The notes under the pieces were generated by a model. That model worked only from the letters and a program-made list of their open reading frames with translations, ran no database searches and was not told the origin of the DNA. From Candidatus Altimarinota bacterium (lineage in GTDB: Bacteria; Patescibacteriota; Gracilibacteria; UBA1369), in the NCBI GenBank assembly GCA_963677745.1, contig OY782391.1, positions 1,248,001 through 1,312,000 on the forward strand: DNA of 64,000 nt. The letters run 5' to 3'. Position numbers and translations under genes: made by a program. Every line of letters starts with the position of its first letter. Within the stretch, counting starts at the first letter, position 1. Of this stretch, positions 29,959 through 39,873 are shown in pieces.

Positions 29959-32601
29959 ATGGAAAATACCAATCCCAACAACACGGCTGCAACACAGGGT
30001 TCTGCTCCCACTCCCGGACAGGCTATTCCGATGCCGGCTCCCAGCCAGACACCTGCACCCGCCCCAACTCCAGTACCTGCCCCGACTCCTGCTCCTGCTA
30101 CTGCTCCCGCCACTCCGGCCGCCGTACCGGTGGCTCCAGTGGTTCAGCCAGCTCCAGTCGCCCCGGCTGCGCAACCAGCCGCTCCAGCCGCAACTACAAC
30201 TCCAGCTCCCACCACTACTGTATCCCAGCCGGTTCCCGTTGTTCAACCCGCCGCGCCCGTTTCCCAGCCGGTTCAAAACGTCCCGACAGTTGCTCAGCCA
30301 GCCGTACAACCATCCGTACAGCCATCCATACAACAGGTGGCTCCCCAACAGGTCAGGATGCAACAACCCACAGTCATGCCGCAGGGGATTCCTGCCGGCC
30401 AGCCAATGCAAAATCAGCAGTCGTTTTATCAGAACCGTCCGAACCCTCAACAGATGCAACAGATACCTCTGCAGGGACAGCCGCAGCAGCCGGGTCAACC
30501 TGTAGCAGGCCAGCCTGGACAACCGGGTCGTCCCGTGCCCAGACAACTGGCCGGCCAACCCGGCGGACCCAACCCCAAGAAACTTTTGCTGGGATGCCTG
30601 GGATTTGTAGGCTTTTCCATAGTATTATTTATAATCTTTGTAGTCGCTTATGTCAGCCAGACCACGGCTGCCGGTGAAAATGCTTTGGCCTCGTCGCTGG
30701 GCGTAAATCCCGCGGAATTTACCAACACTTTGATTCTGCTGACCAACCTGATTTTCGGAGCGGTAACGATGATTGTCTTCTTTGTGGCGGTATTCGGACT
30801 GTTCAGAGGGGCGATGGCTCCCAAGACCGATAAACCGGCCAGATCCAAAGGATTCAAACAGGCGGGGATTTCCGGTGCGATTTTACTGTTGGTAATTTTT
30901 ATCTGGGTGATAGTTTTCATTTACCTTAACGGCAAAAAGATCGATATCCCTCAAAACCAGCAGCAAACAGTCGGCTTCACCACGGAACCCGAGACCACTA
31001 CCCGTCTGACCGCCCCGATTGATATTAAATTTGATGCTTCCAAACTGGTAGTTCCGAAAACCATTGAGCTGACTTTCTATCAGTGGGATTTCGGTGACGG
31101 GTCGGCTTCGACTGCACCGATTGTGACCCATACTTACCGTGAAGTGGGACAATATCCCGTCAAACTTACGGTCAGCGGCATCAACAAGAATAACAATGAA
31201 ACGGTTACCGAAACTTACGACAAACTGGTTACGGTAATTGATGTAAAAATCAATGCTGATTTTACTTACACGCCGGAAACGGGACCCGCTCCGCTCAAAG
31301 TTTCTTTTGACGCATCCGGATCAAGTTCCCCGGCCGGAGAAATCACCACCTATGCCTGGGATTTCAAAGGACAGAATAACTTCGCTGATGCCGATGGCCA
31401 AACGGCTGAATATACTTTCAATGGATCGGGAGATTATGACGTGAAGTTGAGAGTGACCGACAATACCGGCAAGGACGCCATTGTCACCAAAACAATTACG
31501 GTCGGAGGTCCCGATACTCCGGTTGCTGTTATTGATATTCCCACAACTGACGGAAAATATTATGTCGGTAAACAAATGACTTTTCTCGGTGAAAAATCAA
31601 CCTCTCCAAGTGGAGCAGTCACCAAATATGAATGGGACTTCGGTGATGAAACCCCCAAGGCCAATACCCGCACGGCCACTCATACTTATAAATCCGGCGG
31701 GCTATATGAGGTGACCTTAAAAGTCACCGATGAAGCCGGAAAATCTGGAATCGCCGCACAAAAAATTAACGTTGGCATGGAGGAACAGCCTCCGGTAGCC
31801 GTAATTTCCACCGATCCACCGCTTGGCAAAAACGAGAAATCGCTCAGCGGACAGGCCCCGTTCGAAGTGGCTTTTGATGCCGGACAATCCACGGATCCCA
31901 ATGAAAATCTGGTTGAATTTAAATGGGACTTTGATGGAGACGGCAAGATAGACGCCAATGGCGATGCGGTTTCCTATATTTTCAAAATACCCGGTTCCTA
32001 CAACACCAATCTTACAGCGGTCGATTCGGCCGGACTGGAATCAAGCAGCACACTGGTCATCAAGGTCGCCGCCCAGGATCTGACTGCCCGTCTGACCGCC
32101 GACAAACTGGAAGGTACACAGCCACTGGCCGTAACTTTCGATGCCTCCAGTTCCAGCTATCCTGACGGACAGATTACCAGTTATGAATGGGATTTTGGCG
32201 ACGGTTCACCCAAAATGATCGGTGCCTCCCAGGTCAGCTACAAATATTCGGCGATTGGAACCTTTAATGCCAGCGTAGTGGCCAAGGCTTCCGACGGCAA
32301 GACGGACAAAGCGGAAATTGTCATCAACGTGCGCCCTGTCTCGCTGCAATCCTGTTTCACCCCTTCAGCCGAGGAAGGCCCCGCCCCCTTGACCATTGAA
32401 CTCGATCCGCGCTGCTCACAGGGCGCCGTGGCCAAGTACCTTTGGGATTTTGGTGACGGAGAAACCTCACGCACCAGAAAACCGACTCACACCTTTGCCA
32501 AACCCGGATCGTATCAGGTAAGCTTGGAAGTGACTGATAACCAGAATGTTATCAGCACCTTTTCCAAAAACATCCTGGTTACCGGTGAGGTCCAACCGTA
32601 A
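29959..32601 (+). CDS. membrane protein: P/A/Q-rich N-terminus, 3 TMs, about 6 PKD domains
   Basis: Low-complexity first ~205 aa; three hydrophobic segments; repeated G.APL.V.FDAS.S...Y.WDFGDG. Confidence 0.9.
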   Translation: MENTNPNNTAATQGSAPTPGQAIPMPAPSQTPAPAPTPVPAPTPAPATAPATPAAVPVAPVVQPAPVAPAAQPAAPAATTTPAPTTTVSQPVPVVQPAAPVSQPVQNVPTVAQPAVQPSVQPSIQQVAPQQVRMQQPTVMPQGIPAGQPMQNQQSFYQNRPNPQQMQQIPLQGQPQQPGQPVAGQPGQPGRPVPRQLAGQPGGPNPKKLLLGCLGFVGFSIVLFIIFVVAYVSQTTAAGENALASSLGVNPAEFTNTLILLTNLIFGAVTMIVFFVAVFGLFRGAMAPKTDKPARSKGFKQAGISGAILLLVIFIWVIVFIYLNGKKIDIPQNQQQTVGFTTEPETTTRLTAPIDIKFDASKLVVPKTIELTFYQWDFGDGSASTAPIVTHTYREVGQYPVKLTVSGINKNNNETVTETYDKLVTVIDVKINADFTYTPETGPAPLKVSFDASGSSSPAGEITTYAWDFKGQNNFADADGQTAEYTFNGSGDYDVKLRVTDNTGKDAIVTKTITVGGPDTPVAVIDIPTTDGKYYVGKQMTFLGEKSTSPSGAVTKYEWDFGDETPKANTRTATHTYKSGGLYEVTLKVTDEAGKSGIAAQKINVGMEEQPPVAVISTDPPLGKNEKSLSGQAPFEVAFDAGQSTDPNENLVEFKWDFDGDGKIDANGDAVSYIFKIPGSYNTNLTAVDSAGLESSSTLVIKVAAQDLTARLTADKLEGTQPLAVTFDASSSSYPDGQITSYEWDFGDGSPKMIGASQVSYKYSAIGTFNASVVAKASDGKTDKAEIVINVRPVSLQSCFTPSAEEGPAPLTIELDPRCSQGAVAKYLWDFGDGETSRTRKPTHTFAKPGSYQVSLEVTDNQNVISTFSKNILVTGEVQP

Positions 32602-32634
32602 AACAATCAATATTCCACCTAAAATACCGAATAC

Positions 32635-32736
32635 ATGAAACCAAGAAACAAGAAAAAAATGGCCAAAATATTTGCGGTAGTAGTAATGATATTAATGATC
32701 GGTCAGGTTTTGCTGCCGCTTTTGACCCAGAAATAA
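32635..32736 (+). CDS. 33-aa small membrane protein (DUF4044/Prli42-like), not in the ORF track
   Basis: MKPRNKKKMAKIFAVVVMILMIGQVLLPLLTQK; basic N-terminus + TM; 33 nt after the PKD gene. Confidence 0.6.
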   Translation: MKPRNKKKMAKIFAVVVMILMIGQVLLPLLTQK

Positions 32737-32828
32737 CATAATGCGGAGACAGCCGTACTCCGGCTGATTGACAATCAATTTCTATTTGTTAAATTAGGTG
32801 CGCACTTGAAGTAACTTTCCGATTGCGA

Positions 32829-32903
32829 AGGGGATTCGCCAAGTGGTAAGGCACCGCCCTTTGGAGGCGGCATTCGGGGGTTCGAATCCCTCATCCCCTG
32901 CCA
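32829..32903 (+). tRNA. tRNA-Gln (TTG)
   Basis: Acceptor AGGGGAT/ATCCCCT, anticodon arm CCGCC-CTTTGGA-GGCGG, GTTCGAATCC, encoded CCA; TTGACA promoter near 32769. Confidence 0.97.
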
Positions 32904-32907
32904 GAAT

Positions 32908-33705
32908 TCAATATCTTTCGTCCAACTTAATCCATTTTCTTTCTTTAATCTTTTTCAAGATCTTAGGAACTAGCTTTGGATCATATTTGAACAGGCGTTC
33001 CTGGATATTGTGTTCCCAATCGCTGCCTTCTTTCTTGGCTTCACTGGCGGCATGTTCCGCTGTAATTGCGGCAATTCCATCGGCAGTCCTGTCCATTAAA
33101 GTAGGGAAAGTCCTGTGAAAATTTCTTCTGACACCTTCGGAAGGGACGTCCTTCCAGGAAACGGCCATCGCCATCCAAAAAGCACTTCTGACTTCAGACA
33201 TTTTGCCTTTTATCTCTTTCCAGGTTCTGTGCCTCTCCAGCATATTGGTATATTGCTGAAAACCAGGCCAGTATAACGGTCTGGTTACCATAATGTCAGA
33301 AACCAGCCAGGGATCGTCTATCAGTTCCACATGATTTTGAGAATAATCATACCGGAGTCCATCCAGATAATTCATACAAAGCCGTAAAATCTGGGTTCTT
33401 TCCGGCACTTCAAAATAAGAATAGACATCACCTATTGAACTCAAAATTGGTCCAACCCAATCCTGATTGGGGCCACCGCACATAGCTTCCAGGTGAGGTG
33501 CAGGATTCACATTTCTGGCTTTCTGAATGTATTCTGGAAGTTTTAGAATAGCGGCGAAAGCATCCTTGGCAACTAATTCCCGATATCCCTGTATAACAGC
33601 TCCCGCTTTATCCTCTGTGGCTAACATCTGTCCCATTACTCTTTCCACAGCCTCTGTTCTCTTGGCCTCTTTATGCGCACTTTCAAAATCCAAAATATTT
33701 CCCAT
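32908..33705 (-). CDS. hypothetical alpha-helical protein
   Basis: 265-aa ATG ORF, convergent with the tRNA; no recognised motif. Confidence 0.7.
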   Translation of the reverse strand: MGNILDFESAHKEAKRTEAVERVMGQMLATEDKAGAVIQGYRELVAKDAFAAILKLPEYIQKARNVNPAPHLEAMCGGPNQDWVGPILSSIGDVYSYFEVPERTQILRLCMNYLDGLRYDYSQNHVELIDDPWLVSDIMVTRPLYWPGFQQYTNMLERHRTWKEIKGKMSEVRSAFWMAMAVSWKDVPSEGVRRNFHRTFPTLMDRTADGIAAITAEHAASEAKKEGSDWEHNIQERLFKYDPKLVPKILKKIKERKWIKLDERY

Positions 33706-33798
33706 AGTTGATAATTAAAGGGGGAAACTATAACACAAAGTTTATAAAAGACAAATTAATACACGGACATTTATACCTGCTGCACAAATCAAACTGAA

Positions 33799-33869
33799 TT
33801 GACAGTATAAGGGGAATTCCTATTATATGTCCGGCCTGGTAATTGCCCATTTCTTTTAAACAAAGGAGG
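33799..33869 (+). promoter_or_regulatory. sigma70-type promoter + boxA-like element + SD for the high-GC ORF
   Basis: TTGACA-16-TATTAT, small hairpin, TTCTTTTAAAC, AAAGGAGG. Confidence 0.6.
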
Positions 33870-34831
33870 TGACGCACCAGGCAGAACCTCTATCGCAGAG
33901 CTTCAAGGAGGAGGAGAACTTGACAAGCTGGACAGATGGAAAGATACCCCTTGCCAAAGGTGCAAGGACCAAGCGTCCCAACCCCAACTTCGAACAGAGG
34001 AAAGAACAGGAGGAGCTACGAGAACTGGTACTGCTGCAGGGCGGAAATCCCGGAGCAGTGACCCGTCTGCCTCCTTCCCGTCGAGGTTCCAGGGGAGGCG
34101 GGAGAAGGCTTAGTCGCCAGGAAAGCCTGGCTGCGGAGCACGAGCGCGAGCTCAAGGAATGTCTCCAGAAAGGAGTGGCAGAGGTCTATCACCTCGAGGA
34201 CTACCGGCAGGCAATTCCGGGACAACAGGGCGAACAATCAAAAACCCCAACGGTTGCAGATGTACGGCAGCCGATGGAGAGCCCTGCGGTTTCCGCGGAA
34301 GTGCGCCCCGTCCAGGTGGAAGACCCGGATCCATTCTATTGGAGCAGACCGGAGTCCTACTCACCGGAGGCGATCGAACAGAGAAGAAGGGAAGACGAGG
34401 CCAAAAGGCTGGGTGATGCCGAATGCAGGGCGGCCCGCGCAGAGATGGAAGCTGCCGTAAACCGCGTTTGGCAGAAAACACTCAGTCTCTATCGAAGCGC
34501 CTCAGGGGTCAAACAGCGACAACGCCAGTCGACCGCCGACAACGATCCAACCCAATCCGATGCGGAAGGTACGGATTGCTGTCAGGCTCCCGATTGCGTC
34601 AGTCACCTTCAGCTCAAGCCGGAAGAAACCATGCCGGTAGAGCCGCCCGGACCCCGCATGGCCATCGGCTCAAGTCACAATGTCAGAGCCTCAACGCTCA
34701 AGGCCAGGAAGACCAGGAAAGAAAAGAAAGATGCCGGTAAAGCGGCAGTTCGCCTGGTCAAGGAGGCCAAGCAGCAGCTGAAGGACGCTCGACAGGAACA
34801 GAGGCTCGTCCGGGCCAATCGCCAGAAGTAA
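33869..34831 (+). CDS. high-GC, charged/disordered hypothetical protein (start uncertain; TTG 33920 after GGAGGAGG is possible)
   Basis: 320-aa ORF; two hand-counted 60-nt lines are 60-65% GC; bounded by a promoter and a GC-rich hairpin. Confidence 0.55.
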   Translation: MTHQAEPLSQSFKEEENLTSWTDGKIPLAKGARTKRPNPNFEQRKEQEELRELVLLQGGNPGAVTRLPPSRRGSRGGGRRLSRQESLAAEHERELKECLQKGVAEVYHLEDYRQAIPGQQGEQSKTPTVADVRQPMESPAVSAEVRPVQVEDPDPFYWSRPESYSPEAIEQRRREDEAKRLGDAECRAARAEMEAAVNRVWQKTLSLYRSASGVKQRQRQSTADNDPTQSDAEGTDCCQAPDCVSHLQLKPEETMPVEPPGPRMAIGSSHNVRASTLKARKTRKEKKDAGKAAVRLVKEAKQQLKDARQEQRLVRANRQK

Positions 34832-34853
34832 CCATCTTCCAAAGCTTGTTTAT

Positions 34854-34888
34854 CGGGGCCGCGCGCAACGCGCGGCCCCGAAGCTTTT
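34854..34888 (+). terminator. GC-rich hairpin closing the high-GC unit
   Basis: CGGGGCCGCGC-GCAAC-GCGCGGCCCCG followed by AAGCTTTT. Confidence 0.75.
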
Positions 34889-34939
34889 AAATTGGGTGAA
34901 TTTACTGTATAAAAGTTTTGACATAAATACCAAAATACC

Positions 34940-36469
34940 ATGCCAATTCCCTATGTTTTAATGATTCTGGACGGTTGGGGCTACAGTCCTGAAACCGCCA
35001 ACAACGCCATTGCCCAGGCCAAAACACCAAATATCGACGGGCTGATTGAGAAATATCCCCACGGCCTTTTGAAAGCCAGCGGTTTGGACGTGGGGCTGCC
35101 TGAAGGGCTGATGGGTAATTCCGAAGTCGGGCATACCAATATCGGGGCGGGCCGCATCGTTTATCAGGATCTAACCCGCATCGATCAGTCTATCCAGGAT
35201 GGCTCATTCTTCACTAATCCGGTTTTAGGCAAAGCCTTTGAACTGGCTGCCGAAAAGGGGACCAAGTTGCACCTGATCGGGCTGCTTTCGGACGGAGGCG
35301 TTCATTCTCATATTCGTCACCTGGAAGCTCTTTTGCAGCTGGCCCAAAACAGGCAGTTTAAAAAACTGTTCGTTCACCCCGTTTTTGACGGACGCGATAC
35401 CGCCCCCATGATCGGTGAAACTTTTCTTCAGCAGTTATTGGGATATTTTGAAAAGTACGGAGTGGGCCGGCTGGGCACGCTTTCCGGCCGTTTTTATGCC
35501 ATGGACCGGGATACCCGCTGGGAGAGAATTGAAAAAGCTTATAACGCTCTGGTGTTGGGGCAACCGGCATTGGGCTCCGATCCACTCGATTACCTCAAAC
35601 AGTCCCATCAAAAAGGCATCGGTGACGAATTTATTGAACCCGTTTGTGTCAGCCCCGACTCCACCATCGACGAAGGGGATGTAGTAATTTTCTTTAATTA
35701 TCGCTCAGATCGCGCCAGACAGATGACCAGGGCTTTGACCGAAAAAGAATTTACCGGTTTTACCAGACAAAAATGGCCCCTGCTTTCCCAATATGTCTGT
35801 ATGACTGAATATGATCAAAGTTTTCAGTTGCCGGTGGCTTTTCCCTCGCCTGCACTGGTCAACAACCTCGGCGAAGTTATTTCCAAAAACGGACTGAAAC
35901 AGCTGCGAATAGCCGAAACAGAGAAATACGCTCATGTGACGTTTTTTGTAAACGGCGGCCAGGAAATTAAATTTCCCAATGAGGACCGTATTCTGATTGA
36001 TTCGCCCCGCGATATTGCCACCTACGACCAAAAACCGGAGATGAGCGCGGTTCCGGTCACGGAACGGCTTTTGCAGGAACTGGACCGCGACATCTATGAT
36101 TTCGTGATCATCAATTTTGCCAACTGTGACATGGTTGGGCACACGGGAATGATGGACGCCACCATCAAAGCGGTGGAAGTTGTGGATCAATGTGTGGGAA
36201 AAATCGTGGAAAAAGTCTTACAAAAAAAAGGTCTGGTTTTTCTGACAGCCGACCACGGTAATGCCGAAGTGATGATGGATGCGCAGGGCAGACCCCAGAC
36301 CGCTCATACCTCCAATCCTGTGCGCTACATAATTATCTCGGAGCAATATCCCCTGGGCAGTCTGAAAACGCATGACGGTCGGCTGGCTGATGTCATGCCA
36401 ACGCTGCTCACATTGATGAATCTCCCCATTCCGCCAGAGGTGACCGGTCAGAAATTGCTGGATAATTAA
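34940..36469 (+). CDS. gpmI: 2,3-bisphosphoglycerate-independent phosphoglycerate mutase
   Basis: ILDGWG, MGNSEVGH, DGGVHSH, AETEKYAHVTFF, DMVGHTG, TADHGN. Confidence 0.99.
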   Translation: MPIPYVLMILDGWGYSPETANNAIAQAKTPNIDGLIEKYPHGLLKASGLDVGLPEGLMGNSEVGHTNIGAGRIVYQDLTRIDQSIQDGSFFTNPVLGKAFELAAEKGTKLHLIGLLSDGGVHSHIRHLEALLQLAQNRQFKKLFVHPVFDGRDTAPMIGETFLQQLLGYFEKYGVGRLGTLSGRFYAMDRDTRWERIEKAYNALVLGQPALGSDPLDYLKQSHQKGIGDEFIEPVCVSPDSTIDEGDVVIFFNYRSDRARQMTRALTEKEFTGFTRQKWPLLSQYVCMTEYDQSFQLPVAFPSPALVNNLGEVISKNGLKQLRIAETEKYAHVTFFVNGGQEIKFPNEDRILIDSPRDIATYDQKPEMSAVPVTERLLQELDRDIYDFVIINFANCDMVGHTGMMDATIKAVEVVDQCVGKIVEKVLQKKGLVFLTADHGNAEVMMDAQGRPQTAHTSNPVRYIIISEQYPLGSLKTHDGRLADVMPTLLTLMNLPIPPEVTGQKLLDN

Positions 36470-36493
36470 TTTGTACGGGGTGCCTGTCCTGGT

Positions 36494-37204
36494 CTAATCC
36501 TTGGATAATTCCGGGTGTCGCTTGTTCCAGGGGCAGAACGGCCTGAGCCGGCATTTTTTACAATAGGGACGGGGAGCCTTGCAGACATCTCTTCCCAGCT
36601 CAATCAATAAATGTGAAAATTGTCCCCACTCGTGCCGGGGAAGGATTTTCATCAGGTCTTTTTCCACTATCGCCGGTTTATCGCTGCGGGTCAGCCCCAG
36701 GCGGGCGGAGACTCGTAAAACGTGCGTGTCCACGGTTATTCCTTCATTTTTCCCAAAGGCATTGTACAAAACCACATTGGCGGTTTTTCTGGCGACACCC
36801 GGTAATGTCAGCAGATCATCCATTGTTGAGGGAACCTGTCCTTTGAATTGTGATTCAATCAGCTGGGCCGCTGCCTTAATATTTTTGGCCTTATTCCGGT
36901 AAAATCCGGTAGATTTTATGATTGACATTAATTCCTCCGGATCGGCGTCCGCAAAATCCTCAACGGTTCTATAACGGGAGAACAGTACGGGCGTCACCAA
37001 ATTGACCCTTTTATCCGTACATTGGGCACTCAGAATAGTGGCGAACAGCATCTGTAACGGATTGTTAAAATTAAGAGCACAATGTGCGCCAGGATAAGCC
37101 TTTTTCAGCGCCCCAAGCAAAGACGGTACACGACTAGCGGTCTTCCCGTTTTTCTGGCTGCCCTTTGTTTTTGAAGTCTTGTTTTTTACAGAAATCTTTT
37201 TCAT
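36494..37204 (-). CDS. nth: endonuclease III
   Basis: ILSAQCTD, HhH motif LPGVARKTANVV, VDTHV, C-x6-C-x2-C-x5-C Fe-S motif. Confidence 0.98.
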   Translation of the reverse strand: MKKISVKNKTSKTKGSQKNGKTASRVPSLLGALKKAYPGAHCALNFNNPLQMLFATILSAQCTDKRVNLVTPVLFSRYRTVEDFADADPEELMSIIKSTGFYRNKAKNIKAAAQLIESQFKGQVPSTMDDLLTLPGVARKTANVVLYNAFGKNEGITVDTHVLRVSARLGLTRSDKPAIVEKDLMKILPRHEWGQFSHLLIELGRDVCKAPRPYCKKCRLRPFCPWNKRHPELSKD

Positions 37205-37246
37205 AATGCGCTCGCACCAATTTTCTTTGTCAGCATAACCAACCCT

Positions 37247-37852
37247 ATGTCCAAACGGAAGATCAAATTAATGATCTTGTTGTATGCCGCCTGGAGTATT
37301 CTGGGAGTGTATGCCGATTATGCCTGGCTCACCCAGGTTCCCTGGTATCTGATCCCACTGACCGCGATCTGCTCACTTTATCCGCCGCTTTTGACGGTCT
37401 GGTATCTGTATCAATATTTTGAACGACCTGCACCGGACTGGTTTACTTATTGGATTATTCTGGGTACCTCCAGTTACGGATTGATGGCCCAGTTTTATTT
37501 CCCCTTGCTGATGTCGCTGGTCGGAATCAATTTTCACGATGTCGGTTCGATGTTTTGGGTGGCGGTATACGGCTGCCAGTCGGTCTTCCTTTTGCCATAT
37601 CTAAAAAAACTGCATTTCCGCACCATGCTGCCGGGAACACTCTATATTTTGGCGGCCGATCTGGTTCATTTTTATATTCCGACTTTTGTGGATTTTACCA
37701 TACCGGGATATCCGCTCTGGATGAAATATCTGACCGTAATTGTAGCCGTTACGCTTCAAATATCCTGTTCAATAATTATATTCATCAAAGTCCAAAAAAC
37801 AGCGCCTGTTGCAAATTCAAAGGAGTCTGTGACTTTGGCTGCCCAGATTTAG
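37247..37852 (+). CDS. multi-pass membrane protein (DUF1405-like)
   Basis: About 6 TMs; Y..WL..VPWYL.P pattern. Confidence 0.6.
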   Translation: MSKRKIKLMILLYAAWSILGVYADYAWLTQVPWYLIPLTAICSLYPPLLTVWYLYQYFERPAPDWFTYWIILGTSSYGLMAQFYFPLLMSLVGINFHDVGSMFWVAVYGCQSVFLLPYLKKLHFRTMLPGTLYILAADLVHFYIPTFVDFTIPGYPLWMKYLTVIVAVTLQISCSIIIFIKVQKTAPVANSKESVTLAAQI

Positions 37853-39396
37853 TCTGAAAGCAGACCACCCGTGAGTGGATCGCGCAATGCCAAATCGTTA
37901 TAGGGATTTCTGACTTTCATTTTTACCGGCAGCCGTCGGACTTTGCTGCGGTCGCCCAAGGCCTTGGAGACATATTTATCGGGTAATTCGGCAAAGTTCA
38001 GAACTGCCAGGTTCAGATAATCCAAAGGATCTTCATTGTCGCCGTCCCTGATTATTTCGAAATGAAGATGTGGACCGGTGGTATATACACCCGCACCTCT
38101 GGTTCCCGGTATTCCGCCGCTCAGACCGATGATATCACCCTGATTTATTTCGTCCCCCTCGTTCACCAGTATTTTGGAGATATGACCGTACAGCGTCATA
38201 TAGCCGCCCAGATGGGCCACAATAATATAACTGTAGCCATAACCGTTGTCGGCCGCCCTATAGACAATTCCATCGGCGACGGATTTTACGGGAGTTTCCT
38301 GATTGGCTCTGATGTCGATTGCATCATGTCGCATGCCAAAAAATTTGGCATAAGAGGCTTCATGGAAATAGGCGCTGATTCCACGTGCCGGCGTGACCGG
38401 CCAGATTGGCGAAAACTCGCCCTGTGACAAACCAAAGGTTAGATAGTCCAGTAGTTTTTTATTTGTACCGACATTTAGCAGGGTGGCATAATCGTCCGGA
38501 TTGAAATTGCTGCCCTGTTCTTTGATTCTGTCCTGTACATAAGCCAAATTCTTTCTGAGGGTATCAATCTCCAGCAGCACATTCTCCTGCTGTGCTTTTG
38601 ATCTGGCCAGTAATTGCTGGTAAATGTCTTCTTCGCCTTTAGTCTGGTCCAGCAAATTTTGTTTGGCCTGTTTCATTATTTCCAGGTCGGCTTTTTCTGC
38701 TGATACTTTCTGGTGATAGACAATTAAATCATATTTTTTCACCTCCATAATTTTTTGATCGGCTTCCTGTTCTTCCATCAGTTCCCCCAGTTTTTCAAAA
38801 ATCTGCCGTCCCTGTTCTTCCAGCACTTCCGAATAGCGTATTGAACGCAGCTTTTCACTGGTTGTGTCGTCGCTCAGCAACAGTTTGAGAGTATTAAGAT
38901 AGGCTCCGTCCGAGTCCAGCGTACTGAAATCATGCTGGTCTTTAAAAATGACTTCCAGATAACCGGAAATCAATTGTCTCTGGTAGGAAATTTCAATCTT
39001 TTTCTGTTCGACCTGATACTCCAGTGTTTCTATTTCACTTTCTTTACGGGCAATTTGAGCTTCCACATTATCAATAATGCTCTGTGTGGCCGCTATCTGA
39101 TTGTCCAGGTTGTCCAGTTGGCCTTTGAGAGTCCCAATCTTTTCCAGCGATTCCTGTATTTTCCCCTGAGTCTCCGCAATCTGCCGGTTTACCGAAAATA
39201 AATCTTCCTCGCTTGAACTAATTTCCAGCTTGATCCTGTCCAGAAACTTGTTGGTTTTATACTGTTTGATCAGATCAGCTTCATTGGCAGCCGGATTTTC
39301 CTGTTGTGCCGCAAGAAATCCGTCCTTCACCGGAAGCAGCAGTATCATTACGGCGGTTATCAGGAAAACCAGTTTTTTACTGATAATTGATTTCAA
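37849..39396 (-). CDS. coiled-coil M23 family peptidase (EnvC/NlpD-like murein hydrolase)
   Basis: Signal peptide, long coiled coil, HDAID, TLYGH, TGPHLHFE. Confidence 0.92.
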   Translation of the reverse strand: MKSIISKKLVFLITAVMILLLPVKDGFLAAQQENPAANEADLIKQYKTNKFLDRIKLEISSSEEDLFSVNRQIAETQGKIQESLEKIGTLKGQLDNLDNQIAATQSIIDNVEAQIARKESEIETLEYQVEQKKIEISYQRQLISGYLEVIFKDQHDFSTLDSDGAYLNTLKLLLSDDTTSEKLRSIRYSEVLEEQGRQIFEKLGELMEEQEADQKIMEVKKYDLIVYHQKVSAEKADLEIMKQAKQNLLDQTKGEEDIYQQLLARSKAQQENVLLEIDTLRKNLAYVQDRIKEQGSNFNPDDYATLLNVGTNKKLLDYLTFGLSQGEFSPIWPVTPARGISAYFHEASYAKFFGMRHDAIDIRANQETPVKSVADGIVYRAADNGYGYSYIIVAHLGGYMTLYGHISKILVNEGDEINQGDIIGLSGGIPGTRGAGVYTTGPHLHFEIIRDGDNEDPLDYLNLAVLNFAELPDKYVSKALGDRSKVRRLPVKMKVRNPYNDLALRDPLTGGLLSD

Positions 39397-39592
39397 CTTG
39401 AAATATTAATTAATCTCTACATTTTAACAGAAAACGGCCCTTCAAACAATTGCCAGGAGGCTTGGATCGGGGCAAACAGAAGCTTTTTCCTTGCAAAAAA
39501 CCGGGAAAAATTGTAACTTGCATTCGCGTCGGATCTTCATTAAGATAATCAAGCCATTATTCGGCTTAAATATAACCTAATTCAGCACTACT

Positions 39593-39871
39593 ATGGCTCA
39601 TAAAAAGGCCGCAGGTTCCACAAAAAACGGTCGCGACTCAGTTGCCAAGAGACTCGGCGTAAAGATCTTTGGAGGGCAGCAGGTAAGGGCCGGCAATATT
39701 ATCCTCAGACAGAGGGGGACCCAGTTTTTCCCCGGTGAAAATACCGCTCTCGGCAAAGACCATACCATCTTCGCTCTGATTGACGGAGAAGTGAAATTTT
39801 CCGAAAAACAACTTACCAAGTACAACGGCCAGGTCCACAAGGACAAGTTTGTACATGTTTATAAGGCCTAA
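39593..39871 (+). CDS. rpmA: 50S ribosomal protein L27
   Basis: [29 protein letters not shown]. Confidence 0.99.
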   Translation: MAHKKAAGSTKNGRDSVAKRLGVKIFGGQQVRAGNIILRQRGTQFFPGENTALGKDHTIFALIDGEVKFSEKQLTKYNGQVHKDKFVHVYKA

Positions 39872-39873
39872 TT

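Noticed and set aside
29959-30580. P/A/Q-rich and Pro-rich (48150-48840) tracts as DNA tandem repeats or contingency loci
   Set aside because: The codons are varied; this is protein-level low complexity, not exact DNA repeats
32843-33118. 91-aa ORF overlapping tRNA-Gln
   Set aside because: Spurious translation of the tRNA and antisense to the 265-aa gene
32829-34900. tRNA-Gln as the attachment site of an integrated element
   Set aside because: I saw no integrase and no duplicated tRNA 3' end; the same applies to tRNA-His
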